DNA of 64,000 nt, taken from NCBI GenBank assembly GCA_910586955.1, contig CAJUMM010000003.1:8553-72552 (forward strand). The letters run 5' to 3'. The position numbers were made by a program, and so were the translations under genes. A model generated the notes under the pieces. It was not told the origin of the DNA and searched no databases. It was given only the letters and a program-made list of their open reading frames with translations. This stretch comes from an uncultured Lachnospiraceae bacterium. GTDB lineage: Bacteria; Bacillota; Clostridia; Lachnospirales; Lachnospiraceae. This document shows positions 1 to 9,498 of this stretch, one piece after another. Every line of letters begins with the position of its first letter. The stretch's first letter is position 1.

Positions 1-1408
1 CATAATTGTATCCAAAGGACCTCTGGAGCCTTCTGCGCTCATCCGCCGTAAACTCGGGGACCCGCCGGTTGGGAATCTTTAAGCTCTTAAGAGTCACCAG
101 GTTGCGATCCAGCCATTCCCCGTAGGGCTGGGCTGCCGCATAGCGCTCCTTTAAAGCGTCATCGTCAATCACTTCCCCCTTCACCGTGTCCACCAGCAGC
201 ATCTTCCCGGGACGCAGGCGCTCCTTCACCAGAATTTTTTCCGGTTCCAGCTCCAGCACTCCTACCTCGGAAGAGAGAATCAGCGTATCATCCGTTGTAA
301 TATAATACCGGGAAGGCCGAAGGCCGTTCCGGTCCAAAACCGCTCCCATCACATCCCCGTCACTGAAGAGAATGGAAGCCGGACCGTCCCAGGGCTCCAT
401 CATGGTAGCGTAATACTGGTAGAAATCCCGTTTGGCCTGGGACATGGCCTTGTTGTTATCCCAGGGCTCGGGAATGGTGATCATTACCGCCAGAGGCAGC
501 TCCATGCCGCTCATCACCAGAAATTCCAAGGTATTGTCCAGCATAGCGGAGTCGGAACCGGAGGCATTCACCACCGGAAGGACCTTATGAAGCTCCTTCC
601 TCAAATGGGGAGACTCCATATTTTCTTCCCTGGCCAGCATCTTATCCGCATTTCCCTGAATGGTATTAATCTCTCCGTTATGTACAATAAAGCGGTTGGG
701 ATGGGCCCGCTCCCAGCTGGGATTGGTGTTGGTGCTGAAACGGGAATGTACAATGGCAATGGCAGACTCATAGGCCTCATCCCTAAGATCCCCGAAGAAG
801 GAACGGAGCTGATCTACCAGAAACATTCCCTTGTATACAATAGTCCGGCTGGACAGGGACACCACATAGGTATCGTCGTTGGACTGCTCGAAAATCCGGC
901 GCACCACATAGAGCTTCCGATCGAAATCAAGCCCCTTCTCCACATTCCCCGGCCGCTTCACAAATCCCTGCATAATGCAGGGCATTTTCTCAAGGGCCCT
1001 GCTGCCCAGAACCTCCGGACAGGTGGGAACCTCCCTCCAGCCAAGAAATTCCATACCTTCCTTTTCCAGAATGATCTCAAACATCTTTCTGGCCTGGTTT
1101 CTCTTTAATTCATCCTGGGGAAAGAAAAACATGCCGACGCCGTAATCTCCCCGGGAACCTAAAAAGACGCCGAGAGGTTTCACAGCCTGGGAGAAGAATC
1201 TGTGGGAAATCTGTAACAAAATTCCTACTCCGTCACCTGTTTTGCCTTCGGCGTCTTTGCCAGCTCTATGCTCTAAATTTTCTACAATTTTCAGGGCGTC
1301 CTCCACAGTTTTGTGGGTTTTCACTCCCCTGATGTTGACCACCGCTCCGATTCCGCAGTTATCATGCTCGAACCGTGGATCATACAATCCTCTATTCTGT
1401 TGACTCAT
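1..1408 (-). CDS. gltB: Glutamate synthase large subunit, N-terminal part (runs off the window start)
   Basis: Minus-strand translation from ATG at 1408 (GGAGG RBS upstream) gives MSQQNRGLYDPRFEHDNCGIGAVVNIRG...LEHRAGKDAEGKTGDGVGIL, the Ntn-amidotransferase start of GltB. Absent from the ORF track because it has no stop in the window. Confidence 0.95.
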   Translation of the reverse strand, partial: MSQQNRGLYDPRFEHDNCGIGAVVNIRGVKTHKTVEDALKIVENLEHRAGKDAEGKTGDGVGILLQISHRFFSQAVKPLGVFLGSRGDYGVGMFFFPQDELKRNQARKMFEIILEKEGMEFLGWREVPTCPEVLGSRALEKMPCIMQGFVKRPGNVEKGLDFDRKLYVVRRIFEQSNDDTYVVSLSSRTIVYKGMFLVDQLRSFFGDLRDEAYESAIAIVHSRFSTNTNPSWERAHPNRFIVHNGEINTIQGNADKMLAREENMESPHLRKELHKVLPVVNASGSDSAMLDNTLEFLVMSGMELPLAVMITIPEPWDNNKAMSQAKRDFYQYYATMMEPWDGPASILFSDGDVMGAVLDRNGLRPSRYYITTDDTLILSSEVGVLELEPEKILVKERLRPGKMLLVDTVKGEVIDDDALKERYAAAQPYGEWLDRNLVTLKSLKIPNRRVPEFTADERRRLQRSFGYNY

Positions 1409-1494
1409 GCTATCCCTCCAGATCTGTGATTTTCTGTTGTTGGTACTATACACCCAAATGTCCGTCCTGTAAAGAATAATTTTTTTCCAAGTTT

Positions 1495-2295
1495 TCAGAC
1501 ATTTTCACTTTCCCGGAGCTTTCTCCAGCAAAAGGACCCTGCCAGCAAGTATGCCGCCGCCGCAAATTCATACAGAACCGGTCCCCGGAATCTCTGCCCC
1601 AAATAAGGAAACTGTACTGCCAGAAGGGTAGCCCCGTTAGCCGCCCCGTGGGCAAGAATAGCCGGAACCAGGGAATCCAGGCTCTCGTACACCTGCGCCA
1701 AAAAAAGACCCAGGCAGAAGGCATAAACCCCCTGGACCACATTTCCGTGAAAGACCCCGAAGATCAGGGCGCTTCCCAGCATGGCCGCCTTGGGACTTGA
1801 AAACACCCTGCGGATCCGGGAATAAACAAGACCCCGCATCAAAAGCTCCTCCAGCACCGGGGCACAGAAAACCGTAGCGGCAATCCGGGAGAGAAAACTT
1901 CCTCCATAAATCTCCGCCTGGACAGTCTCATAGCCCCGGAACATCCGGGGAAGAAATGTCAGTCCCAGAAAAAGATTGACCCCCCTGGAAATAAAGATAG
2001 CTCCCAGAACCGCAAGAAGCAGCTCCCCAAGTCCCCATTTCCGTTTCCAGCGCACTCTGTTCTCTCGTTTTGGCCGGAGGCATTCCTCCCCAATCCGGTC
2101 TCTTTGGTACATCCAGGCAAATACCGGGATCAGGCAGCAGTTGGTGACTGTTAAAAGCCACAGAGCGTTCTCCTCCGAAAAGAGTCCCGGCCACAAAAGG
2201 GACAGAAAGAAAGGAACTGCCATATTCAGTACATAGTAGAGTAAAAGGGGAAATACGATTTCCCCTGCCCCGGTTATCCGGCTTCTTCCGCTCAT
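1495..2295 (-). CDS. CPBP (CAAX/Abi) family intramembrane metalloprotease
   Basis: Motifs PVLEELLMRG, FGVFHG and AILAHGAAN; multiple hydrophobic segments. Confidence 0.88.
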   Translation of the reverse strand: MSGRSRITGAGEIVFPLLLYYVLNMAVPFFLSLLWPGLFSEENALWLLTVTNCCLIPVFAWMYQRDRIGEECLRPKRENRVRWKRKWGLGELLLAVLGAIFISRGVNLFLGLTFLPRMFRGYETVQAEIYGGSFLSRIAATVFCAPVLEELLMRGLVYSRIRRVFSSPKAAMLGSALIFGVFHGNVVQGVYAFCLGLFLAQVYESLDSLVPAILAHGAANGATLLAVQFPYLGQRFRGPVLYEFAAAAYLLAGSFCWRKLRESENV

Positions 2296-3176
2296 TTTAC
2301 ATCCACCCCATCACGTTCTCCCTGATCTTTCGTTCCCTGTACATAGTCTCCCGCACAGGTCCCGGCATCCTCTCCGATAAGGTTCAGGGCCTTCTGGGTA
2401 AAATGAACCCCCAGGCCGTCCATCATATCCGGCCCTGTGAGGGTCCCGGGAAGCTCGGAAACCAGCAGGATATCCTCCGAATTTCCGCAGATATCAAGCT
2501 GTGCCTGCCGGATCACATCGTGGTGCCCCGGATCTCCTAAGTGCTGCCCTATCTGAATCAGGAAACAGGTCTCCACCCCCTGCTCCTTCATATAGTCTAC
2601 AAGGCTGCGAAGCCCCTCCTGATAGGCCTCGCCGGTCAGTTTCAGGTTGGAGTCCGCTTCCCCCTGGAACCATACCATATAAATGTGGCGGATCCGCACC
2701 TTTTCCTTTTTCAGGCATTTTTTTGCCCCTTCCAGCCGGGCGGCCGCATCCTCTTTGAGCCCCTTGTTCAGCCACCCGTTCATGGAAGAACTTCCCCTAG
2801 AGGCAGAGATAGCTACCACCGGCGTTCCCGTCCTCTCATAATAAGCGTTCACAAAGGAGGTTACAAGGGTTCCCTGGCGCTCCAGGATCTCCCGGTCGTC
2901 TAAGGCTCCTTCCCGGTGCTCCTTTTCCCCAAAAGGCTCCGAGAGCACATGCAAAGCCTCCGGATCCGTCACGGCCCGGTACTCATATCCCGCCCCTTCC
3001 GCCAACTCCGGCGCCTGGGAGGCGTCCCCGCAGGCTCCGCTCATATTGCTCTGTCCCATAAACAAAATCACGTCCATGGTCCGGAAGGATTTCTGGTACA
3101 GATTAAAAGCCGCAATCAAAGCGCAGCACAGGGCGCTTAACAGGACGATGGCTTTGGTGTTGTATTTTTTCATCAT
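2292..3176 (-). CDS. Membrane-anchored/secreted SGNH-type sialate O-acetylesterase (CE6-like) domain protein
   Basis: GQSNM, WFQGEAD and DxxGVHF motifs; N-terminal hydrophobic segment. Start could alternatively be GTG at 3191. Confidence 0.8.
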   Translation of the reverse strand: MMKKYNTKAIVLLSALCCALIAAFNLYQKSFRTMDVILFMGQSNMSGACGDASQAPELAEGAGYEYRAVTDPEALHVLSEPFGEKEHREGALDDREILERQGTLVTSFVNAYYERTGTPVVAISASRGSSSMNGWLNKGLKEDAAARLEGAKKCLKKEKVRIRHIYMVWFQGEADSNLKLTGEAYQEGLRSLVDYMKEQGVETCFLIQIGQHLGDPGHHDVIRQAQLDICGNSEDILLVSELPGTLTGPDMMDGLGVHFTQKALNLIGEDAGTCAGDYVQGTKDQGERDGVDVK

Positions 3177-3201
3177 GGTTTTTACTCTCACTCCTTAAAG
3201 C

Positions 3202-3461
3202 TGTGCATTAAAGCATTCTAATCCGGACGCCGGAAGGAAGGACCTCCCCCGGCAAACAATTCAGGGGTCGCATAGAAATGCAGGTGAGATCCACTCTTTA
3301 GAAAGCACTTAGCGAAGAAGCCATTGCTGATGAGCTTAGTGCGTCTTAAGAGTTAGCTCACCGGAATTTCTACCCCGTTTGCCGGGGCCTCTCCCGCTTT
3401 TGAATGCGTCCGGTTTTATATACTCATCTGGATAGTCGAGGACAGCGTACCACAATGCACA
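3202..3461. repeat. Long imperfect palindrome (rod-like hairpin, ~190 nt core at 3222-3413)
   Basis: Nested inverted arms: ccggacgc/gcgtccgg, ccccggcaaac/gtttgccgggg, tagaaat/atttcta, ggtgag/ctcacc, actctt/aagagt, gcact/agtgc; outer tgtgcatt/aatgcaca. Confidence 0.8.
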
Positions 3462-3472
3462 CCTTTTATCAA
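3444..3472 (-). promoter_or_regulatory. Putative sigmaA promoter for the esterase-CPBP operon
   Basis: Minus strand TTGATA-N17-TACGCT, with TG upstream of the -10. Confidence 0.5.
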
Positions 3473-3500
3473 GTTCATTTCTCACTTTTCTTCCAAGGAC

Positions 3501-3529
3501 TTGACATCTGCTCCCCAAAAGCGTATAGT
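3501..3529 (+). promoter_or_regulatory. sigmaA promoter of thiT
   Basis: TTGACA-N17-TATAGT. Confidence 0.8.
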
Positions 3530-3550
3530 CAGGGTAATCACATATAGCAA

Positions 3551-3640
3551 ACTGCTAGGGGAGCCTAAGGCTGAGAAAGCGCACCATGCGCTGACCCTCA
3601 ATACTTGAACCGGTTAGTACCGGCGTAAGGAAGCTTTTTA
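3551..3640 (+). ncRNA. TPP riboswitch
   Basis: gctaggggagcc..ggCTGAGA..gcgc..gcgctgaccc..cttgaaccggttagtaccggcgtaaggaagc matches the THI-box consensus and lies directly upstream of a thiamine transporter. Confidence 0.95.
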
Positions 3641-3685
3641 AGTATCCCCTCCTGTGAAATTTCTTTGATTAAGGAGGTCTTTTTT

Positions 3686-4354
3686 ATGTCACTTTTCGTA
3701 AACAAAATGGTGGATGAGTGGGGAACCTCGTACACCCTCACCGGAGCCGGGTACGGCGCCCTGGTGCTTCTGATCCTGGTTCTTTTGCTGGCCGCCTGCT
3801 ATCTCACCGGAGAGAAACGGCAGGTACAGACCAAACCCATGGTTTTCGCCGCCATGGCCATGGCTCTTGGGATGATCACCTCGTTCCTGAAGCTGTTTGA
3901 GGCTCCTATGGGCGGCTCCGTCACCCTGTTCTCCATGCTCTTTATCTGCTGCATCGGTTACTGGTACGGCCTTCGCACGGGCCTTATCACCGGCGTAGCC
4001 TACGGGCTTCTGCAGCTTATCGCAGACCCCTATATCATCAGCCTGCCCCAGATGATCACGGACTACCTGCTGGCCTTCGGGGCCCTGGGACTTTCCGGCC
4101 TTTTCTCCAATCAGAAGAACGGCCTTATCAAGGGCTACATAGCCGGCGTTCTGGGCCGCTTACTGTTTGCCTTTCTGTCCGGCCTCATCTTCTTCGCCTC
4201 CTATGCGAAAGGCTCCGGTATGAGCGCCCCGGTCTACTCCCTGGCTTACAACGGAAGCTACCTGGGTATCGAGGCCGCCATGACCCTTGTGGTTCTGTCC
4301 GTTCCGGCAGTAAATAAAGCCTTCGGGCGGGTGAAGCAGATGGCGGTGAACTGA
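3686..4354 (+). CDS. thiT: ECF-type thiamine transporter S component ThiT
   Basis: PMGGSVT, GxxxGLLQLI, DYLLAF and YSLAYNGSY motifs; TPP riboswitch upstream; AAGGAGG RBS before ATG 3686. Confidence 0.92.
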   Translation: MSLFVNKMVDEWGTSYTLTGAGYGALVLLILVLLLAACYLTGEKRQVQTKPMVFAAMAMALGMITSFLKLFEAPMGGSVTLFSMLFICCIGYWYGLRTGLITGVAYGLLQLIADPYIISLPQMITDYLLAFGALGLSGLFSNQKNGLIKGYIAGVLGRLLFAFLSGLIFFASYAKGSGMSAPVYSLAYNGSYLGIEAAMTLVVLSVPAVNKAFGRVKQMAVN

Positions 4355-4366
4355 AAAGATGCCGTA

Positions 4367-4395
4367 TTGTGTTCCGGCACTTCATCTGCTATAAT
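4367..4395 (+). promoter_or_regulatory. Putative promoter of the DUF3990 module
   Basis: TTGTGT-N17-TATAAT with extended -10 (TGcTATAAT). Confidence 0.6.
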
Positions 4396-4455
4396 AAAAC
4401 CGCTCAGATAATTATGAAGCAGAACAGCAGTCCCCACTGTAAATCAGGAGGCACA

Positions 4456-5112
4456 ATGGCAAATTCCGGAATTTCATCAAAAGATACGATAACTCTTTAT
4501 CATGGTTCAAAGTCGGGTATTCTCGGTGCTATTATGCCTGAAAGCCGGGAACACTGCGATTTTGGCAGGGGATTTTATATGGGAACTGACCGGACCCAGC
4601 CACTTACTCTGATCTGTAACTATCCAGATGCCAGAATATATACCTTATGCGCTGATCTATCGGGCCTTAAAATTCTTAATATGGAATCCGGATTAAACTG
4701 GGCCCTGTTGATCGCATACAACCGCGGCAAAATGGAATCTGTGAAATCCTCGCCAATCTATAAGCATTTTTCGGATTTAAGCAAAAGCTGTGACATGATC
4801 ACGGGTCCTATTGCAAACGACCGGATGTTTGTCGTCCTGGATCGCTTTTTTAATGGAGATATTACAGACCTTGCCCTTATTAACAGCCTTTCTGCCTTGA
4901 AACTGGGCAAGCAGTATGCAGCTCTAACAGAAAAGGCCTGCAGAAAAATAAAAATCCTGGATGAACAGAAACTTTCCAAAGATGACAGGGATAAACTAAA
5001 ATGTAAAAGTGAAGAAAACCGTTCCAAGGGCATCGCAATGGCCAATGAAATCTGTAGGAAATACCGGCGCCAAGGACGTTTTTTCGACGAAATCTTAATG
5101 GCAGGTAAATAA
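4456..5112 (+). CDS. DUF3990-family protein (ADP-ribosyltransferase-like fold, putative toxin)
   Basis: LYHGS...DFGRGFY...D.ITGPIANDRM...LGKQYA motifs; AGGAGG RBS before ATG 4456. Confidence 0.75.
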   Translation: MANSGISSKDTITLYHGSKSGILGAIMPESREHCDFGRGFYMGTDRTQPLTLICNYPDARIYTLCADLSGLKILNMESGLNWALLIAYNRGKMESVKSSPIYKHFSDLSKSCDMITGPIANDRMFVVLDRFFNGDITDLALINSLSALKLGKQYAALTEKACRKIKILDEQKLSKDDRDKLKCKSEENRSKGIAMANEICRKYRRQGRFFDEILMAGK

Positions 5113-5113
5113 A

Positions 5114-5554
5114 ATGGAAAATCTTTCAATGGAAAAACGCCAGCTTTGCGATATACAAGGACGTTTATTTGAACTTGCCCTGAAAAACGGATATGATTGT
5201 CCGGCATTTATAGATTTTTTTATGAACAGCCGGACTGCCGCCGCTCTCGATGATATCTATGATCGATTACAATGGGCCGGAGAAGAATACCTTCTTGAAG
5301 AACTAATCGACGAATCCGGCGGGCTGAAAAAAGCCGGCACGGTTTATGCCAAGGAAGTCATGTACTGGGCAGGGTATACCTACCGCTATTGGCATTACTA
5401 TACCAATGAATTTAGCCGCGATATCTATAAAACCGCAGATGCAGAAACAATGAACACGTGCTGGCTTGGATTTCATACCTTTGATGTTGAGATGGCTATT
5501 GATGATCTGAAAGAAATCTATCAACAGAAATGCGGCAGTCAAAATTCTAAATAA
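5114..5554 (+). CDS. Hypothetical acidic helical protein, putative partner/antitoxin of the DUF3990 protein
   Basis: Starts 1 nt after the DUF3990 stop; QLCDIQGRLFEL...FMNS...MYWAGYTYRYW; same AT-richer composition. Confidence 0.65.
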   Translation: MENLSMEKRQLCDIQGRLFELALKNGYDCPAFIDFFMNSRTAAALDDIYDRLQWAGEEYLLEELIDESGGLKKAGTVYAKEVMYWAGYTYRYWHYYTNEFSRDIYKTADAETMNTCWLGFHTFDVEMAIDDLKEIYQQKCGSQNSK

Positions 5555-5567
5555 ATCATCTTACAAA

Positions 5568-5614
5568 CAAAAACATTTCTTCCAGAAACTGCTTTCAAGA
5601 AGAAATGTTTTTTG
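5568..5614. terminator. Bidirectional intrinsic terminator
   Basis: aaaaacatttctt...aagaaatgttttt between convergent genes. Confidence 0.75.
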
Positions 5615-5634
5615 TATCCCACTGCAAATCAGTA

Positions 5635-6495
5635 CTACAGATTTCCCGTCTGTGCTTTCACCACCGGAATCCATACCTCAAACTTGGCGTTCTGCGGATC
5701 CGGGTTTAAGTAAACCTCAATATCCGGCCCGTTCCCGTATTCATAACCGGAAGCCGGCAGCCATTCCGTCACAATCCGCCTCTCCAGCTCCTGAATGGAA
5801 ATATTTGTCCCTGAACCGGGAAAAACAGCCCAGGTAGATGCCGGAACCTGATATTCCTCAAAGTCTCCCCGCTCCTTTGTGCTGGCAACGGCGATGAAAT
5901 ATTTCCAGTCCTCCTCATTTCCGCAGGCGCTGACTCCCAAGAGCCCTTTGGGATCCGAATCCATCATTCCTGCCAGTTTCCCAACCGTTCCATTCATGGC
6001 AGCCTCCTGCCACATTTGCGGAACTACCTTAAAATTGTTTTCAATCTGCCGGTCCAAGGATGCAGACACCCCTACAATACGGAATGCCTTCTTGGTCTCA
6101 ATCCGATATTCCATTTCTTCTCCTCCTTTTACCATGATCTGAAAGGAAATAGGCGGAAAGGATTTCACGGATACACCTTGTTCCCGGACCTTGGAGGGCG
6201 CAATGCCGTGTACGGACTGGAAGGCCCTGTTAAAAGCCGTAGGAGACTGATACCCGTATTTTTCCGCCACGTCAATAATTTTCATATCCCCGCCCTGGAG
6301 ATCCACCGCCGCCAGGGACATTTTTCTTCTGCGGATATATTCAGCCAGAGGAACGCCCGCCATATAGGCAAACATCCTCTGAAAATGATAAGCCGAACAA
6401 CAGGCAATCTTCCCCAGTTGCTCATAATCCATTTCCTCCGTCAGGTGTTCCTCCATATACTTCATGGTCTCATTTAACCGTTCCACCCATTCCAT
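5635..6495 (-). CDS. AraC family transcriptional regulator with GyrI-like effector domain
   Basis: N-terminal AraC HTH (YHFQRMF...EYIRRRK...YGYQSPTAFNRAF) and C-terminal WLPASGYE...EVWIPV. Start at ATG 6495 (MEWVERL). Confidence 0.92.
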   Translation of the reverse strand: MEWVERLNETMKYMEEHLTEEMDYEQLGKIACCSAYHFQRMFAYMAGVPLAEYIRRRKMSLAAVDLQGGDMKIIDVAEKYGYQSPTAFNRAFQSVHGIAPSKVREQGVSVKSFPPISFQIMVKGGEEMEYRIETKKAFRIVGVSASLDRQIENNFKVVPQMWQEAAMNGTVGKLAGMMDSDPKGLLGVSACGNEEDWKYFIAVASTKERGDFEEYQVPASTWAVFPGSGTNISIQELERRIVTEWLPASGYEYGNGPDIEVYLNPDPQNAKFEVWIPVVKAQTGNL

Positions 6496-6585
6496 AAAAA
6501 ACTCCTTTCTTCGCTGCAGTCCTGCCTTTTTAGCATAGCGCGCTTTTGCTTTCCTGTCCTCTCCTTTTCTGCCCAAAAAAGAGAG

Positions 6586-6622
6586 AAAAACACCGTACAG
6601 CGGTTAAACTGCACGGCGCTTT
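6586..6622 (-). terminator. Terminator downstream of argS
   Basis: Minus strand gccgtgcag...ctgtacggt followed by a T-run. Confidence 0.6.
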
Positions 6623-6639
6623 CCAAAGTTTTCCGTTAC

Positions 6640-8406
6640 CTACATCCTCTCCGGCGCCTCAAATCCCAGAATATCAATGCAGATCTCCAGCACCCGTTTC
6701 GTCAAAACCAGCAAGCCCACCAGACCGGCACGTTTTTCCTGGTCCTCCTCCCCGAGAATCTTTGTCTCGTGATAGAATTTGTTGAAGGCATTTGCCAGCT
6801 CATAGATATAGGCGCAGATCTTGTGGGGAGCCGTCTCCTCAAAGGCATTCTCCATCACGCCGCTAAACCGGGCCAGCTCCAGCATCAGGCTCTTCTGGGT
6901 GCCCCCGGAACAATGGCCTACAGGCTCTGCCTCCGGATCCCTCCCCAGCGCCCGGTATTTCCCAAGAATAGACTTGATGCGGACAATGGTATAGAGAATA
7001 TAAGGTCCTGTATTTCCCTCAAAAGAGGTAAAGCGATCCACGTCAAAAATATAATCTTTGGAGGCCTGATTAGACAAATCTCCGTACTTGATGGCGGAAA
7101 GCCCCACCACCTTTGCAGTTTTTCTGGCCTCCTCCGGGGAAATCTCGGGATTGCCGGCAATCTTTTGGTACATCTCCTCGTTGATGTCCGCAATCAGGTT
7201 TTCCAGGCGCATAACGCCTCCCTCCCTGGTCTTAAAGGGCTTGCCGTCCTTCCCGTTCATGGTGCCGAAGCCCAGGAACAAAAGTCTGGTCTTTTCGTCC
7301 ACAATCCCTGTCTTCCTGGCACAGCGGAACACTTGGACAAAGTGCATCTCCTGCCGCTTGTCCACCACATAGATAATGGCATCCGGATCAAACAGTTTCT
7401 TCCGTTCCACCAGAGTCGCCAGATCCGTGGTAGTATAAAGAGAAGCCCCATCGGATTTCAAAATCATGCAGGGAGGCACCTCCTTGGTGTCCGTCTCCTC
7501 TTTCACATCCACCACCAGGGCCCCCTCGCTCTCATAGGCGTAGCCCTTTTCCTTCAGCTTTGCCACCATATCCGGGATGTAAGGCTGAGCATCGGACTCC
7601 CCTTTCCAAAGCTCAAACTCCACATTCAGGCTGGCATAATTCTTCTTCAAATCTGCCACGGACACGTCCAGGATGTGCTGAAGGAGTGCCTGATACCCCC
7701 GGCGGCCATGCTGCACCAGATAGGTGGCCTCCATGGCCTCCTCTTTATAAGCTTCATCCGTCTTGGACCGGGCACTGGCGGTGGGATATATCTCTTCCAG
7801 CTCGGAGATGGTAAAAGGCGCTTCCTTTGGATATTCCCCCTGGTAGCTCTCGTCAAAGTAAACCAGTTCCGGCTTTCTATGGCGAAGCTCCGTGATGATA
7901 AGCCCCATCTGCAATCCCCAGTCCCCCAGATGGATATCCCCGATCATGTGGTGACCCATAAAGCGGCCCAGGCGCTTCACACTTTCCCCGATAATGGCCG
8001 AGCGCAGATGGCCTACGTGAAGGGGCTTGGCCACATTGGGCCCGCCGTAATCCACCATAATCCTGCAGGGATGCTTCGTCTTTTCACAACCCAGACGCTC
8101 ATCTCCTGCCATCTCCTGGAGATAGTCCCTTACAAAACCGGGATTCAGCTTCAGATTGATAAAACCGGGATTGACCGCACAGGCCTCCTCAAAAATCCAG
8201 GCCTTTTTAAGCTCTTCCACAACGGCCGACGCAATCTGAATAGGCGCACAGCGGTACGCCTTGGCCGCCTGCAGGCTTCCATTGCACTGATATTCACACA
8301 AATCCGGCCGGTTGGAAAGGGTGACTTTTCCGTATGCGCCGTCATAACCGCAGGCCGCAAAAGCACCAGCCACCTCTTCGGTGATCCGATCCAGCAATTT
8401 CTTCAT
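6640..8406 (-). CDS. argS: Arginine--tRNA ligase
   Basis: PNVAKPLHVGHLRS (HIGH motif), GDWGLQMG, FKTREGG, C-terminal APERM. Confidence 0.97.
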   Translation of the reverse strand: MKKLLDRITEEVAGAFAACGYDGAYGKVTLSNRPDLCEYQCNGSLQAAKAYRCAPIQIASAVVEELKKAWIFEEACAVNPGFINLKLNPGFVRDYLQEMAGDERLGCEKTKHPCRIMVDYGGPNVAKPLHVGHLRSAIIGESVKRLGRFMGHHMIGDIHLGDWGLQMGLIITELRHRKPELVYFDESYQGEYPKEAPFTISELEEIYPTASARSKTDEAYKEEAMEATYLVQHGRRGYQALLQHILDVSVADLKKNYASLNVEFELWKGESDAQPYIPDMVAKLKEKGYAYESEGALVVDVKEETDTKEVPPCMILKSDGASLYTTTDLATLVERKKLFDPDAIIYVVDKRQEMHFVQVFRCARKTGIVDEKTRLLFLGFGTMNGKDGKPFKTREGGVMRLENLIADINEEMYQKIAGNPEISPEEARKTAKVVGLSAIKYGDLSNQASKDYIFDVDRFTSFEGNTGPYILYTIVRIKSILGKYRALGRDPEAEPVGHCSGGTQKSLMLELARFSGVMENAFEETAPHKICAYIYELANAFNKFYHETKILGEEDQEKRAGLVGLLVLTKRVLEICIDILGFEAPERM

Positions 8407-8430
8407 AATCGCAATTCTCCTCTTTACATT

Positions 8431-9390
8431 CTATTTTAGCAATTCCAGCACTTCTTCCACAGTAGGCATCACCCGGAGGGCACCCTTGCGGGTGGTGATA
8501 ATGGAAGCTGCCGCATTGGCAAAGGTCAGCATCTCCTCCAAATCCTTTTCCGTCAATCCCTCAATTCCGTGATCCAAAAGATAGTTGATCATGCTTGCAC
8601 AGAAGGTATCCCCGGCTCCCGTAGTCTCAATGGTATGTTCCTGGACAAAACCTGCCTTTTCCACTGCCAGATCTCCATAGTAGGCTTTGCTGCCCTGCCT
8701 TCCCATGGTGATGCAGATCAGGGGAATCTCGAAGCGGTTGCGCACTGCCTCCACACCCCGGTCCAGGCTGCGCTCTCCCGTGATAAATTCCAGTTCTTCC
8801 TCCGACATTTTCACAGCTGAACATTGGGACAGGCCATACCAGATCTGCTCTTTGGCCTCCTGGAGGTTTCTCCACAGAGGCGGGCGCAGATTGGGATCAA
8901 AAGTCACCATAACCTGGTGCTTCTTCGCATACTCCAAAGCCTTCACCGTGGCTCCCCGGGTAGGTTCGTCCGTCATGGAAACCGTCCCGAAGTGGAACAC
9001 ACGGCTGGACGCAATCAAATCCTCCTGAACCTCCTCCGCCGCAATCATCATATCCGCTCCCGGTTTCCGGTAGAAGGAGAAATCCCGATCCCCGTCCTCT
9101 GCCGTATGAACGAAAGCCAGAGTAGTATGCACATTCTTATCAAGCAGCAGATTTTCCGTCCCGATTCCCAGCTCCTCCAAGGATGCCTTCAAAGTGCGTC
9201 CAAACTGATCCTGCCCTACTTTCCCGATAAAAGCAGTCTTCTTCCCCAAGCGGTTCATCATAGCCAGCACATTGCAGGGGGCTCCTCCGGGATTGGCTTC
9301 AAACAGGGGATTTCCCTGTCCGCTTAATCCGTTTTCCGTAAAATCAATCAGCAGTTCCCCCAGTGCGGTTACATCATACCTTTTTTCCAT
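8431..9390 (-). CDS. PfkB family carbohydrate kinase (fructokinase-like)
   Basis: GELLIDF, PGGAPCNV, FDPNLR, ETTGAGDTF. Confidence 0.92.
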   Translation of the reverse strand: MEKRYDVTALGELLIDFTENGLSGQGNPLFEANPGGAPCNVLAMMNRLGKKTAFIGKVGQDQFGRTLKASLEELGIGTENLLLDKNVHTTLAFVHTAEDGDRDFSFYRKPGADMMIAAEEVQEDLIASSRVFHFGTVSMTDEPTRGATVKALEYAKKHQVMVTFDPNLRPPLWRNLQEAKEQIWYGLSQCSAVKMSEEELEFITGERSLDRGVEAVRNRFEIPLICITMGRQGSKAYYGDLAVEKAGFVQEHTIETTGAGDTFCASMINYLLDHGIEGLTEKDLEEMLTFANAAASIITTRKGALRVMPTVEEVLELLK

Positions 9391-9498
9391 CTTTTCTTTC
9401 CCCTCCTTTACTTTCCTATCCAAAATCACTATAATGATAATATATTTATTATATGTAAATCATAGAGAAAAAGCAAATCTTTTATAAGGGAGGACCCT

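Noticed and set aside
587..1108. 173-aa plus-strand ORF
   Set aside because: It is antisense to gltB.
3222..3413. 6S RNA or SRP RNA
   Set aside because: The length fits 6S, but there is no large central bubble or recognisable 6S motif. The ccggaaggaag stretch lacks the flanking CAGG/AGCAG of SRP helix 8.
8407..8430. T-box leader for argS
   Set aside because: Only 24 bp separate the kinase stop and the argS start, so there is no room for one.
6769..8439. 556-aa plus-strand ORF, and similar long antisense ORFs (25579-26817, 27175-28125, 39548-40858, 18085-18933, 54083-54943)
   Set aside because: They are antisense shadows of well-supported genes (argS, mglA, mglB, hom and others), with no motifs or RBS. 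Such ORFs are expected from codon bias.
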